61,793 nt of DNA from a bacterium (lineage in GTDB: Bacteria > Patescibacteriota > Minisyncoccia > 1-14-0-10-42-19), in NCBI GenBank assembly GCA_030690215.1, contig JAUYHD010000022.1, forward strand, positions 1-61,793, read 5' to 3'. The notes under the pieces were generated by a model that had not been told where the DNA came from, searched no databases, and was given only the letters and a program-made list of their open reading frames with translations. Below are positions 26,501-35,224 of this stretch, piece after piece; position 1 is the stretch's first letter, and every line of letters starts with the position of its first letter. The position numbers and the translations under genes were made by a program.

Positions 26501-29500
26501 TGGCAAAGATTTCCGTGAACGCCGAATATTATTTTGGCGTACCGGTGGAGGGCGGAGAAGTGGAATATTCCGTTACTACCCAGAACTATTATTTTGATCG
26601 CTATCATGATGGATATTTCCGCTTTGGCAATGATTGGTATTACGATTTTGACGGATATTATGGCGATACGTTTATTTCTCGCGGGAAGGTCCCGTTAAAT
26701 AAAGGCGGGAAGGCATCGATTGAACAACAGCTTGATTTTGCGAAACTATTTAAGGAGGAAGACGGTGAGAAGAGTAAAATATTCACGGTGAATATTACGG
26801 TAAAAAATAAGAATGGAGAATCCATTTCATCCCAAAAATCTTTCATTGTTCATCGCGGAACTTTTTACGCGGGTATTAATAGTGATAAGAACTTTTTAGG
26901 AAAAGGGGAGAAAACATCGTTGCGTATTAAAACTGTTGATATAAACGGCAAAGAAATATCGGCAAATAATATTCTTCTCGAGATAAAAAAGATCCGATGG
27001 GAATCGTATAAGCGCCTTGAGGTTGACGGCAATTATTATTATCGTACGGAGCAGAAAAAAGAAACCGTGCAAAAAGATACGCTCCACACCGATCGGAGCG
27101 GTAATGCGTCGTACGAGTTTGCTCTCAACGATCCGGGAGAATATGAGGCCTCTGTAAGCGTAGAGGACGCCGATGGTAACCCCATAAAAGCGACGTATGA
27201 CGTGTATGTGTCAGGGACCGGCAGTGTTACGATACGGCCTACAAATAATGAAACGCTTGATCTCGCAACCGACAAAGGGAAAGTGGATGTGGGCGAAAAG
27301 ATAAAAATTATTATTAAATCTCCGTTTGAACGCGCAAAGGCGCTTATAACTCTTGAGCGGGGCAAGATATTTAAATACGACATTATTTCTCTTACCAGCA
27401 ATTTGGTAGAGTACACATTTCAGGTCGCGAAAGAACACATCCCAAATTTATTTGCGTCCGTGTTGCTTATTTCACCTGATCCCGAAGTTAAATATGGCCA
27501 TATTGAATATCAGGTAAATACGGCAGAGCGGGAGTTGGATATTACCGTGCGTTCACACAAGAATAATTATCTTCCCGGAGAAGAAGTGTGGCTTGAAGTA
27601 GAAACAAGGGATAAAAAGGGCAACCCTGTAGGGTCCGAAGTCTCTCTTGCGGTTGTCGATATGAGTGTTCTTGCGCTTAAGGGCAACCCAAAGAAGGACC
27701 CCGTCCTCTTTTTCTATAACGGCAGTCCTTTGACGGTGAGCACTGCCTCTAACATTAAAAATATACTTCATGAGGCGGATATCCCTACGGGGACTAAAGG
27801 TGGCGGTGGCGGCAGCGAAGATTTGGCGAAGAAAAAACGAGGGGTGTTTAAGGATACCGCATTTTGGGAAGGGGTAGTCCATACCGATGCAAATGGCAAG
27901 ACGAAGGTTTCATTTGTGCTTCCTGACAATTTAACTACGTGGCAGATTGAGTCTGTCGGTATAACAAAAGATACAAAAGTAGGCGTTGGGTATGAGGAGT
28001 TTAAGGCGCAGAAAGACCTTATGGTGGTTCCGTTGCGCCCAAGATTTATTATCCCTGGAGACCAGTTTTTTGTTGGCGCAAAAATATTCAATGAAACGCC
28101 GTCCCGCCAGAAATTAAAGATAGATATTATGAGCGATACGCTTTTGCTCACCGGAAAGCGCGAAATTTCTGTGAGCATTGAGCCGCATGATACTATGACC
28201 GTGTATTTCCCGGCTGAAGCTCCCCAAAATATACAAGACGGCGAACATGTATTTACTCTTTCCGCAAAAAACAACGACTATGAAGATACTGTTGAAAATT
28301 CAATTAAGATTACGCGCAATAATACATACGAATCAGTTGCTACAGCGTCATACACAAACGCGGAAGTAACTCGTGAGTATGTATATCTTCCGCCGAATGT
28401 TCTTGCTGACCGCGGCGGTCTGGAAATTAAAACGAGCGCGACGCTGGCAGTATTTCTTTCCGATGCTTTGAACTACCTTGTTGAGTATCCGTACGGGTGC
28501 AGCGAACAAATCGCAAGCAAGTTAAGCGCATTGGGCATTCTTAAGCGCGGTCTTAATTTAAAAAATATTGCAGATGCCTTTACGTTGAAAGATGTTGAAT
28601 TTGAGGGGCAAGCATATACTCCCGATGATGTTGTAAGAATAGGCCTTGCAAGGCTCTACGAAAACCAAGATGAAGACGGAGGATTTGCTTACTATAAAGG
28701 CATGGAGCCGAATTATTATTTAACGCTTCATATTGCGGGAGCTTTGATGGATCTTAAGGATGCAGGATATGAGGTGGAAGACGAGCGTATTGAAAACGCA
28801 AAAGAGTACATAGTGCGGGAATTAAAACAGAAACAGCAATTGTTGCAGGATAAAGACCTCCTTATTCTTGTAGGATACACGCTTTTCCGGATTGACGGGG
28901 CAGCGTATGATCCGAATGTAAAAAATAGGATTATGTCCGTCGCTCAAGATGAGGCATTTATCCAAGAAAAAATTTCTAATGTAGGCCTTTCATACCTTGC
29001 TATTTTGATTGCAAATGATGACGCGGCAGATTCTTTGGAGGAAGATGTTTTTGATACTCTCGAAAATAGATTAGTGATCGATTCGCGGGGGGCTTCATTG
29101 CGTCCTCAAGGAGACAATTATGTGTATCAATTTTATGAGACTCCCATCAAAGATACGGCGCTAATGATAAAGGCGCTCGCAAAGAGCGAGCGTGAAAATC
29201 CGGTGCTTGATAAAATGTTGCGATGGATTCTTAGAAGCAGGGCAAAAGACGGAGCGTGGGGGTCAACGAATAATACCGTTACTGTTATAGACGCGCTTAC
29301 CGATTTTCTTGTTTGGAAGAAAGAGAATGAGTCTCAATTTGATCTTGCTCTTGTGGTTGACCAGAATGCGCTTGGCGAGTTTTCTTTTGATAAAAATTCA
29401 ATATTAAAAACATTCGAAAAATTTGTTCCAATCCAAGAGATCGGCTTAGGAAAATTGCGTTCATTGGTGTTCACCAAAACGAACAAGAATACCGCGCCTA

Positions 29501-30186
29501 ATAATTATTATTATGATGCGATGCTTAAGTACTATTTGCCTGTTGAAAAAATTTCTTCTCGCGACGAAGGGTTTTCAATCACGCGGGAACTGTATCGGGC
29601 TGATGACGAAAAACGTAGCAAGCCGGTCAGTGAGGCGAAGCAGGGGGATGTATTGAGGGTTCGTCTTGTTATTACCACTCCAACAGTAAGGAATTTTGTT
29701 TCTGTGGAAGATTACATCCCTGCCGGAATGGAAATTGTTAATCTTCGGCTTGCGACCGAGGATCAATCTCTCCGCGAACAAAATCCCGGATATGATGATT
29801 TGTATCGGCCTTATTACTATTATGAAGACGGCGCCGGTGCAGTGCGCGGTTTTAATCTTGCGGGCGCAGGTTCGTTTTTGCGCCAGTTTTTTGGAGGCGT
29901 TTCTCCCATTACTCCAGCAACTGACGGAGAACTTGAAGATGATTTTTATGGGAAGCAGGTTAACGTTGTCGCTCCTTTCTGGCCGGATGCCAATGAGCTT
30001 CACGATGACCGGGCGTTCTTATTTAAAGAACGGTTGCTACCGGGCGTATATGAATATGAATACTTTGTGCGTGCCCTTGTCCCCGGAACGTTCCATCATT
30101 TACCCGCTGTAGTAAATGAGATGTATTTTCCTGAAAATTTTGGCAGAACGCGAGGAGATATTTTTATGGTCAAAGAAGCTCAATAG
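23539..30186 (+). CDS. Alpha-2-macroglobulin family protein with thioester motif, N-terminally membrane-anchored
   Basis: 2215 aa. TM helix near residue 45, repeated MG-like beta-sandwich segments, the thioester site YPYGCSEQ and a C-terminal receptor-binding-like domain. PBP1C is adjacent. Confidence 0.9.
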   Translation: MDEIANPDISVTPKKEISQAGGISGGGGKKDNFLSFFSQYKKNIGIILFILVVAGLFYFSGVVEKFGSPRYEEPYTLVPEKISQSAAILVRLPEGIRMDADQAVEKITFEPVIAGEWISGKNDSELIFRPKTKLEFGKYYSVILAADEIRLEKDFLIDEDPRVISVFPDGGSEASEYSSITIVFNRPMVPLTTLDVLAKENVPVEILPQTPGRFKWITTRNLQFIPETRLQRSSSYIVRIKQGLVSLDGLSVAELEHRFTTRPLRYEDGQQGRRRGVSKTLYSQPIRIFFNQPVDIERTKQEFELTQVSRGRVDFTATYGVRSIYNEETRKYEHKLDKSILEIYNAQDRHGRKGFWDFNTNYSYVLKKAYPLEGDIDLRQSIAGSIATTDIIDTLSAESPRTEFAEPDLFDPQGKLWVTFFEDIDKDASSIDADLLKEIGYGEKCREPEEGEEVSYGKDCEKVTDYKRLSFTFDESKFKRGQQISLEFKKIFNRAGLRLNAETVTRSVTAYPELVVYKTVPAEGSLDAALTGMTLCTSNPLAVPDETTFYEWVKSNVTIGLWNWYPPFRVRSANSNSLCSPGQFQNTIRYGLVPEFPYKIALSVVDDFGQKISREVNFTSGKLSSFSRNFFHMQGRYNVTSPERTKLTFAVDNLEYVDMHICKISAETMLSYIEKRPNISSSPASLNCEQVFEKRIDLPKRYWSRVYFQANLNDYVTSPLGHYVVTFSHPDYRRVSREWNSASRQYVERVEGQLYEKSLLTVTKLAVQEKKIDRPELDIRTELDNAVLSQFPQNLYWVTEFGTLASVIGAKVDLYRKGQERVGSYSTDSDGIALTDTFEGLVGAVVRKDGDSAIVSSGIDRLQWGSSAVGVERTYLYTDRPIYRPGDKVSIKGLYRIGYDAQYEIFRDNDATIEIRDSNYDVALKKQVSISDYGTFITEFTLDAHAPLGTYSMAALDGYVTFDVEEYVPAAFKVETNADKEEYIAGGMAKISVNAEYYFGVPVEGGEVEYSVTTQNYYFDRYHDGYFRFGNDWYYDFDGYYGDTFISRGKVPLNKGGKASIEQQLDFAKLFKEEDGEKSKIFTVNITVKNKNGESISSQKSFIVHRGTFYAGINSDKNFLGKGEKTSLRIKTVDINGKEISANNILLEIKKIRWESYKRLEVDGNYYYRTEQKKETVQKDTLHTDRSGNASYEFALNDPGEYEASVSVEDADGNPIKATYDVYVSGTGSVTIRPTNNETLDLATDKGKVDVGEKIKIIIKSPFERAKALITLERGKIFKYDIISLTSNLVEYTFQVAKEHIPNLFASVLLISPDPEVKYGHIEYQVNTAERELDITVRSHKNNYLPGEEVWLEVETRDKKGNPVGSEVSLAVVDMSVLALKGNPKKDPVLFFYNGSPLTVSTASNIKNILHEADIPTGTKGGGGGSEDLAKKKRGVFKDTAFWEGVVHTDANGKTKVSFVLPDNLTTWQIESVGITKDTKVGVGYEEFKAQKDLMVVPLRPRFIIPGDQFFVGAKIFNETPSRQKLKIDIMSDTLLLTGKREISVSIEPHDTMTVYFPAEAPQNIQDGEHVFTLSAKNNDYEDTVENSIKITRNNTYESVATASYTNAEVTREYVYLPPNVLADRGGLEIKTSATLAVFLSDALNYLVEYPYGCSEQIASKLSALGILKRGLNLKNIADAFTLKDVEFEGQAYTPDDVVRIGLARLYENQDEDGGFAYYKGMEPNYYLTLHIAGALMDLKDAGYEVEDERIENAKEYIVRELKQKQQLLQDKDLLILVGYTLFRIDGAAYDPNVKNRIMSVAQDEAFIQEKISNVGLSYLAILIANDDAADSLEEDVFDTLENRLVIDSRGASLRPQGDNYVYQFYETPIKDTALMIKALAKSERENPVLDKMLRWILRSRAKDGAWGSTNNTVTVIDALTDFLVWKKENESQFDLALVVDQNALGEFSFDKNSILKTFEKFVPIQEIGLGKLRSLVFTKTNKNTAPNNYYYDAMLKYYLPVEKISSRDEGFSITRELYRADDEKRSKPVSEAKQGDVLRVRLVITTPTVRNFVSVEDYIPAGMEIVNLRLATEDQSLREQNPGYDDLYRPYYYYEDGAGAVRGFNLAGAGSFLRQFFGGVSPITPATDGELEDDFYGKQVNVVAPFWPDANELHDDRAFLFKERLLPGVYEYEYFVRALVPGTFHHLPAVVNEMYFPENFGRTRGDIFMVKEAQ

Positions 30187-32303
30187 TTTTTTTCTTTGAC
30201 GATATCAATTTTTACTTTTTGGGTCTTTTGATTCGCTCCGCGTGCGGTTATCAGGTAGATACCCGCTGCGGAGGGGCTCCATGAGATGCGATTTCCTGTG
30301 CCAAGAAAGGTATCGTTGACGCTCCAGTCCACTGTTTCATTTGCGATAAGCGGTATGGTCATTCCATTTTCAAAATACAGAGTATCGTTATGGTGCGGTT
30401 GTGTTACGAGGGCATTATTTTTTAGAATACCGCGAGCAAATGCGTAATCATCTCCCTTGAGCCCATATTCCAATATGCCGTTTTCCGGGTATTCGGCAAT
30501 GGAATTAAAGCTAAATTCGCGCCCGGTATTGTATTCTCCGTTGAGTAAAATGGCCATAACGTCATGCCATATTTTTCCGGCTCCTACGGAGCCGGAAAGC
30601 TGTTGCATCGCGGTATTGTCGCTATTGCCGAGCCACACGCCGACTACAAAATCAGGAGTATATCCGATTGTCCAGCTATCATGATAATCATACGTTGTGC
30701 CTGTCTTTACCGCATAATTCGGTGAGGGCAGGTTGAGGTTGCTTTTGAGGCCGAATTGGCCAACGCCGGTACTGCGATCCGAAAGAATTTTCGTAACCAG
30801 TTCGGTATATGCCGGGTCAAAAATTTGTTTTTCGGTGTTCGGCTGTGTGCTCATGGGAAGTTCCGGGTATTGATTTTCAGTAATGATAAGAGGTTTAAGG
30901 ACTCCATTGTTCGGGAAAATGGAAAAATAATTTGCGAGACTTAATAAATCCATTTCAAGACCGCCAAGCGCGATGCTTAATTGGTATTGTTCAAGCGGTT
31001 GTTGCGGCCTAAATTCCAGATCTTTAGTAAGAAATTGTGCAAAATGTTCGAGCCCAACATATTCGAGTACTCGTACTGCAGGCACGTTCAAGCTATTTGC
31101 TAGGGCGTAATGAAGAGTCACTTCGCCTTGGTATTTCCCATCATAATTTTTAGGATAAAAAGCAAAACCAGTGCCGATTTCGTATTTGTATTCTGTGTCG
31201 TCCACGATCGTATAGGGGCGGGCGCCTTGTTTGAATGCCTCTGCGTAAATAAAGGGTTTCCAGGTAGACCCAATGGGGCGCGGTTTTAATGCCATATTGA
31301 TTTGATGTCCGCTTTGCGTGCTGTAGGGATACGGTGATCCAACGATTGCGAGTATTTCGTTTGCCGTTTTTGTCTTGTCGGTGCGCAATACAACAATGGC
31401 GCCATTGTGTACGCTTTGGAACGCAGGGCTTGCCAAGTTTTTTTGGAGCACCCCCCGTAATAACGCGCTAAGATTACTGTCCACCGTAAGATTACATGCG
31501 GTATCGCATTGATACAGAGAGGAGAGCTCAAATGAATTTTCATTTTTTCTTTTGTAGGCGTAATCATTGTCGGCAGTACTTCGGTTTTCTTTCGTGATGG
31601 CGTTTTCATCCATTGAGATGCCAAATCGTTTCGCATATGCCCTGACCCGTTGGTCGTTCTTTACCGTATAGGGGATGTCGGCGGGGCGGCTAAGTGTTGC
31701 AAGAAGCTGTAACAATTGTGTGTCTGTGAGGGCTTCAGGGTCGCTATTAAAATATACACGCGACGCTTCAACGATTCCCCCTGTCTGTTCCCCAAAATAT
31801 GCAGTATCAGCATACATAGTTAGAATATCGTTTTTTGATTTATGAAGTTCGAGGCTGAATGCGTATATTGACTCAATAATTTTATTGAAAAACGTTCTTT
31901 TGTTTTCGTTTGCGAGAAGATTTTTTACGAGTTGTTGCGTTATAGTACTTGAGCCGCTAAAACGGCCGGTAAATATATATCCAAAAGAGCTGCGAAGAAT
32001 GCTCGCTGGGTTAATACCTACGTGATAGAAAAAGAAACGATCCTCCTTTCTTACCAGAAGATCTTTGAACCGTTCCGGCACGGCACCGGGGCGCATATAA
32101 TGACCCTTTATATTCGGCTGTATCAGGAGTTCCTCTCCTTTTCTGTCTTTGATTGTTATAGACAATTGATTTGCATAAAGGGTTTGAAGGCGCGAACTGA
32201 AGTAAAAGGAAATGCCGTATGCGAGCACAACAAAAAAAGCTATGCGCATAAGCGCGCGGCGGCTTCGGAGTCTTTTTACATATGTTAAAAAGGCACGCTT
32301 CAT
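30180..32303 (-). CDS. pbpC: Penicillin-binding protein 1C (glycosyltransferase + transpeptidase)
   Basis: GT51 motifs RKEDRFFFYHVG and GSSTITQQL. Transpeptidase motifs STWK, SLN and KTGT. C-terminal PBP1C-type extension. Confidence 0.88.
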   Translation of the reverse strand: MKRAFLTYVKRLRSRRALMRIAFFVVLAYGISFYFSSRLQTLYANQLSITIKDRKGEELLIQPNIKGHYMRPGAVPERFKDLLVRKEDRFFFYHVGINPASILRSSFGYIFTGRFSGSSTITQQLVKNLLANENKRTFFNKIIESIYAFSLELHKSKNDILTMYADTAYFGEQTGGIVEASRVYFNSDPEALTDTQLLQLLATLSRPADIPYTVKNDQRVRAYAKRFGISMDENAITKENRSTADNDYAYKRKNENSFELSSLYQCDTACNLTVDSNLSALLRGVLQKNLASPAFQSVHNGAIVVLRTDKTKTANEILAIVGSPYPYSTQSGHQINMALKPRPIGSTWKPFIYAEAFKQGARPYTIVDDTEYKYEIGTGFAFYPKNYDGKYQGEVTLHYALANSLNVPAVRVLEYVGLEHFAQFLTKDLEFRPQQPLEQYQLSIALGGLEMDLLSLANYFSIFPNNGVLKPLIITENQYPELPMSTQPNTEKQIFDPAYTELVTKILSDRSTGVGQFGLKSNLNLPSPNYAVKTGTTYDYHDSWTIGYTPDFVVGVWLGNSDNTAMQQLSGSVGAGKIWHDVMAILLNGEYNTGREFSFNSIAEYPENGILEYGLKGDDYAFARGILKNNALVTQPHHNDTLYFENGMTIPLIANETVDWSVNDTFLGTGNRISWSPSAAGIYLITARGANQKTQKVKIDIVKEKNY

Positions 32304-32365
32304 AAAATTAATTTTACCATATTGCCGAGACTAAGCATTATAAAAAAATGATATGATAGAAGCAT

Positions 32366-33892
32366 ATGGTTTCGGGCAATTTTGATGTAAAGGGGTTTAT
32401 TTTTTTTGTGCGACTTTTGGCATTTGTATTTATTTTTGTTGTGGCGGGGCACTATGGATCCCGATATGCCGTGAACATATTTTATGCGACGGAATATAAC
32501 ACTTCGCATATTGAACAGCGCATTGGTGAAATTCGTTTTGATCGCCTAAAACGAATCGCGGATCAAAATAGAATCCTTGATCCCCGCGTCACCCGCACCA
32601 TAGGAGTGGGCGACTATATTCCCATTGAAGGAAAATTTATTGCAGTGAATCTTGATAGCATGAAACTTGATTTGTATGAAGATGGAGAAATTGTGGGCGA
32701 GCTTGATGTTCTTTCTAAGGGCAGAGAGGGATCGTATTGGGAAACTCCAAGCGGATTATACAAAATTATGGCCAAAGAGGAGAGCCATTATTCTTCTATC
32801 GGGGGCGTGTATATGCCGTATAGCATGCAATTTTTTGGGAATTTCTTTATCCATGGATGGCCGTATTATCCGGGCAACACTCCCGTGGCGAGTTCGTATT
32901 CCGGAGGATGCGTGCGCCTTTCGACGGAAGATGCAAAAACGGTATACGAATTTGTTGATAATGGGACAAAAGTATTTGTATATGATGGAGAGCCGGCTCG
33001 TGGCTTTGCTATCGCTACAAAAATCAGAAATATACCAAAGCCTCTTATCTCGGCTCGCGCAGTATTGGTTGCTGATATGAATACGGGAAGTATATATTAT
33101 GAGCAAAATCCGGATCAGGATCTTCCCATAGCGTCTCTTACTAAGCTGATGACCGCAGCCGTTGCGAACGAAACTATTAGTTTTGATAAATTAGTGACTG
33201 TGCAAAATTATTCCGAATCTGAAGGGGACGATTCGGGCACGATTAAGTCCGGCGATTCGTTTTTTGTCGGCGAGCTTATCTATCCGTTGCTCATGGAGTC
33301 GAATAATGATGTTGCCCATTCGTTGTCGGCATATTATGGAGATAAGGAATTTATTTCCTGGATGAATACAAAAGCAGAAGCGCTTGGCATGGTTGCAACA
33401 AAATTTCACGATCCTTCAGGGCTTTCCGAGTTTAATGTTTCTACGGCAAGCGACCTTTTCCGGCTTGTACAGTATTTATACAACAAACAGTCTTTTGTTT
33501 TTGAGGCAAGCCGAGAAAAAACAAAGCGGATGATATCAAGCAGCGGGAGAGAATATTTGTTTCATAATTTTAATACATTTGTGGAGCAGGGTAATTTTGT
33601 TGCTGGGAAAACAGGGTTTACCAATGCTGCCCATCAGACCATGGCCTCGGTTTTTGACGTTCCTGTCGAAGATAGCACCTCGACTATAGCAGTTATTATT
33701 CTTGCCTCTGAAAATAGGGAACAGGACACCGCGGATCTTTTGCAATGGTTTTCTGTTGCCGCTGTTCCTGTAGACAAAGAGCCTTCGTTGTTTTCCCGCA
33801 GTGTGTGGAAATATATAGGAGCAGAAGCAGGCAAGGGAGCGAGAGATTCGCTTGCGTCAGTTTTTGGGGGGTTCTCGCCGTTTATTAAATAG
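32366..33892 (+). CDS. Fusion protein: L,D-transpeptidase (YkuD) domain + D-alanyl-D-alanine carboxypeptidase (S11) domain
   Basis: N-terminal TM, the YkuD catalytic motif HGW..SGGCVRL, then the S11 motifs ASLTKLMT (SxxK), ESNND (SxN) and KTGFT (KTG). Confidence 0.8.
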   Translation: MVSGNFDVKGFIFFVRLLAFVFIFVVAGHYGSRYAVNIFYATEYNTSHIEQRIGEIRFDRLKRIADQNRILDPRVTRTIGVGDYIPIEGKFIAVNLDSMKLDLYEDGEIVGELDVLSKGREGSYWETPSGLYKIMAKEESHYSSIGGVYMPYSMQFFGNFFIHGWPYYPGNTPVASSYSGGCVRLSTEDAKTVYEFVDNGTKVFVYDGEPARGFAIATKIRNIPKPLISARAVLVADMNTGSIYYEQNPDQDLPIASLTKLMTAAVANETISFDKLVTVQNYSESEGDDSGTIKSGDSFFVGELIYPLLMESNNDVAHSLSAYYGDKEFISWMNTKAEALGMVATKFHDPSGLSEFNVSTASDLFRLVQYLYNKQSFVFEASREKTKRMISSSGREYLFHNFNTFVEQGNFVAGKTGFTNAAHQTMASVFDVPVEDSTSTIAVIILASENREQDTADLLQWFSVAAVPVDKEPSLFSRSVWKYIGAEAGKGARDSLASVFGGFSPFIK

Positions 33893-34079
33893 AGGCATAG
33901 GTTTAAAAAAATAATCAGATTTTTTCAGGAGGGAGGGGCGCGTTAAAAGAAAAATTACAAGGGAAAATTTCTACGAGGTTGCCGCCGGAGCGTTGAGCTG
34001 CGGCGGGTGGCGGGGCGGGTCAGTTTCCCCCGAAAAAAGTTTGCGCAAAGGATATAATTTCACCGTTTTGTTCCTTTGG

Positions 34080-34207
34080 TATCAATTTATAGCGGGAAAA
34101 ACCGGAGTATCCGCAAGGATGGAAAGCAAAAGTTTTTGCTTTCCATGAGGTTCGCCCGATCGTCCGATCGGGCGCCCAGTCGAATGACTGGGCGAGTCCC
34201 CTCCCCT
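34080..34207 (+). other. Orphan tRNA 3'-like module (variable-arm-like and T-arm-like parts) with a T-loop insertion, flanked by 16-17 nt direct repeats
   Basis: GTATCCGCAAGGATGG..GAGGTTCG+40 nt+AGTCCCCTCCCCTCCG. Direct repeats CCGTTTTGTTCCTT(T)GG at 34063-34079 and 34208-34223. Confidence 0.6.
34155..34194 (+). repeat. 40-nt double-hairpin T-loop insertion, copy 3
   Basis: CCCGATC-GTCC-GATCGGG followed by CGCCCAGTC-GAAT-GACTGGGCG, inserted in GAGGTTCG^AGTCC. Confidence 0.75.
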
Positions 34208-34311
34208 CCGTTTTGTTCCTTGGATAGTATGTGGACTGTAAAAATTGAGAGAGAGAAATCGTTTAGAGATCCGGTTTCTCTTGAGGGCGTTATTAAATTG
34301 TATATTGTATT

Positions 34312-34752
34312 ATGAAAATTACGTTTCATCTCCGCGCACGGGCTCTTATATATCAAAAAAATAAAATTCTTTTAGCTCACGCAAAGGGCAAAGACAACAC
34401 ATTTCTTCCGGGCGGACACATTGAACCAGGCGAAAAAGCGGAAGATGCACTTGTGAGAGAAATCCAAGAAGAATTGGGGGTGGGTAGCGCTGTAACATCC
34501 TATCTAGGGACGATTGAAAATAGCTGGCTTGACGGAGTAATACGGCATCACGAAATAAACCTTATTTTTGAAGTAGCTATTAATCCCAATGCGGGGGCAG
34601 AGATTTTTTCCAACGAGGATCATATTGAATTTTTTTGGTCAGGGGTAGATGAATTAGATAAAAATAATTTGCTCCCAATTTCGCTTAAAAAATTTATCCC
34701 GGATTGGCTGAAGGGGAATAGGAAAGTTTGGTGGGGGAGCGAGTTTACATAA
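34312..34752 (+). CDS. NUDIX hydrolase
   Basis: Nudix box GGHIEPGEKAEDALVREIQEELG. Confidence 0.85.
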   Translation: MKITFHLRARALIYQKNKILLAHAKGKDNTFLPGGHIEPGEKAEDALVREIQEELGVGSAVTSYLGTIENSWLDGVIRHHEINLIFEVAINPNAGAEIFSNEDHIEFFWSGVDELDKNNLLPISLKKFIPDWLKGNRKVWWGSEFT

Positions 34753-34765
34753 TCGTTGCCTGCCC

Positions 34766-34831
34766 CGCTCCAGAAAGTCCTGAGCGCTCGCCTCGCTTTG
34801 CGAGAGCGAAGCGGGTACGCTCGCGGAGCGC
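34766..34831 (+). repeat. GC-rich structured repeat, copy C (nested closing stems CGCTCC/GGAGCG and GAGCG/CGCTC)
   Basis: Core reads GCTCGCCTCGCTTTGCGAGAGCGAAGCGGG. Confidence 0.6.
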
Positions 34832-34901
34832 CTTACTTGTTTAAAAAATATTTAGTATAATAAAACCGTGCATCCCAAATTCATTGAGAGATGCACCGTA
34901 T

Positions 34902-35129
34902 ATGCCTCCATGGAAAAGAAAAAAATTAACAGTCGGGAGATTTTTTCGGATATTTTCCGTTGTTGCCGGTTTGGTATTGATCTGGCGGGGGATTTGGTAT
35001 GTGCTTGATGGGTTTGACATGATGGTATTCGGCGGGAGCCACGCATGGACCGCGATAGGCGGTATTGTTCTTGGGTTTTTGATTTTGTGGTTACCCGACC
35101 ACGATTTAAAAGAAATTGAGAAATTATAG
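34902..35129 (+). CDS. Small two-TM membrane protein, hypothetical
   Basis: ORF with two hydrophobic helices. Start uncertain (TTG 34884 or ATG 34902). Confidence 0.35.
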   Translation: MPPWKRKKLTVGRFFRIFSVVAGLVLIWRGIWYVLDGFDMMVFGGSHAWTAIGGIVLGFLILWLPDHDLKEIEKL

Positions 35130-35224
35130 AGAATTACTGCCTTTGACATATTTATATAAAAGTATTAATCTCTGGGGAGGCAGTTTTTTTTATTTAAAAT
35201 CTAATGTAGAAGAGGAGAACTAGC

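Noticed and set aside
34766-34800. RNase P RNA, because of the word CCAGAAAGTCCTGAGCG resembling the P4 GAGGAAAGTCCGGGC
   Set aside because: Only this short word matches. The surrounding 70 nt is the GC-rich repeat, and there is no room for the remaining conserved helices.
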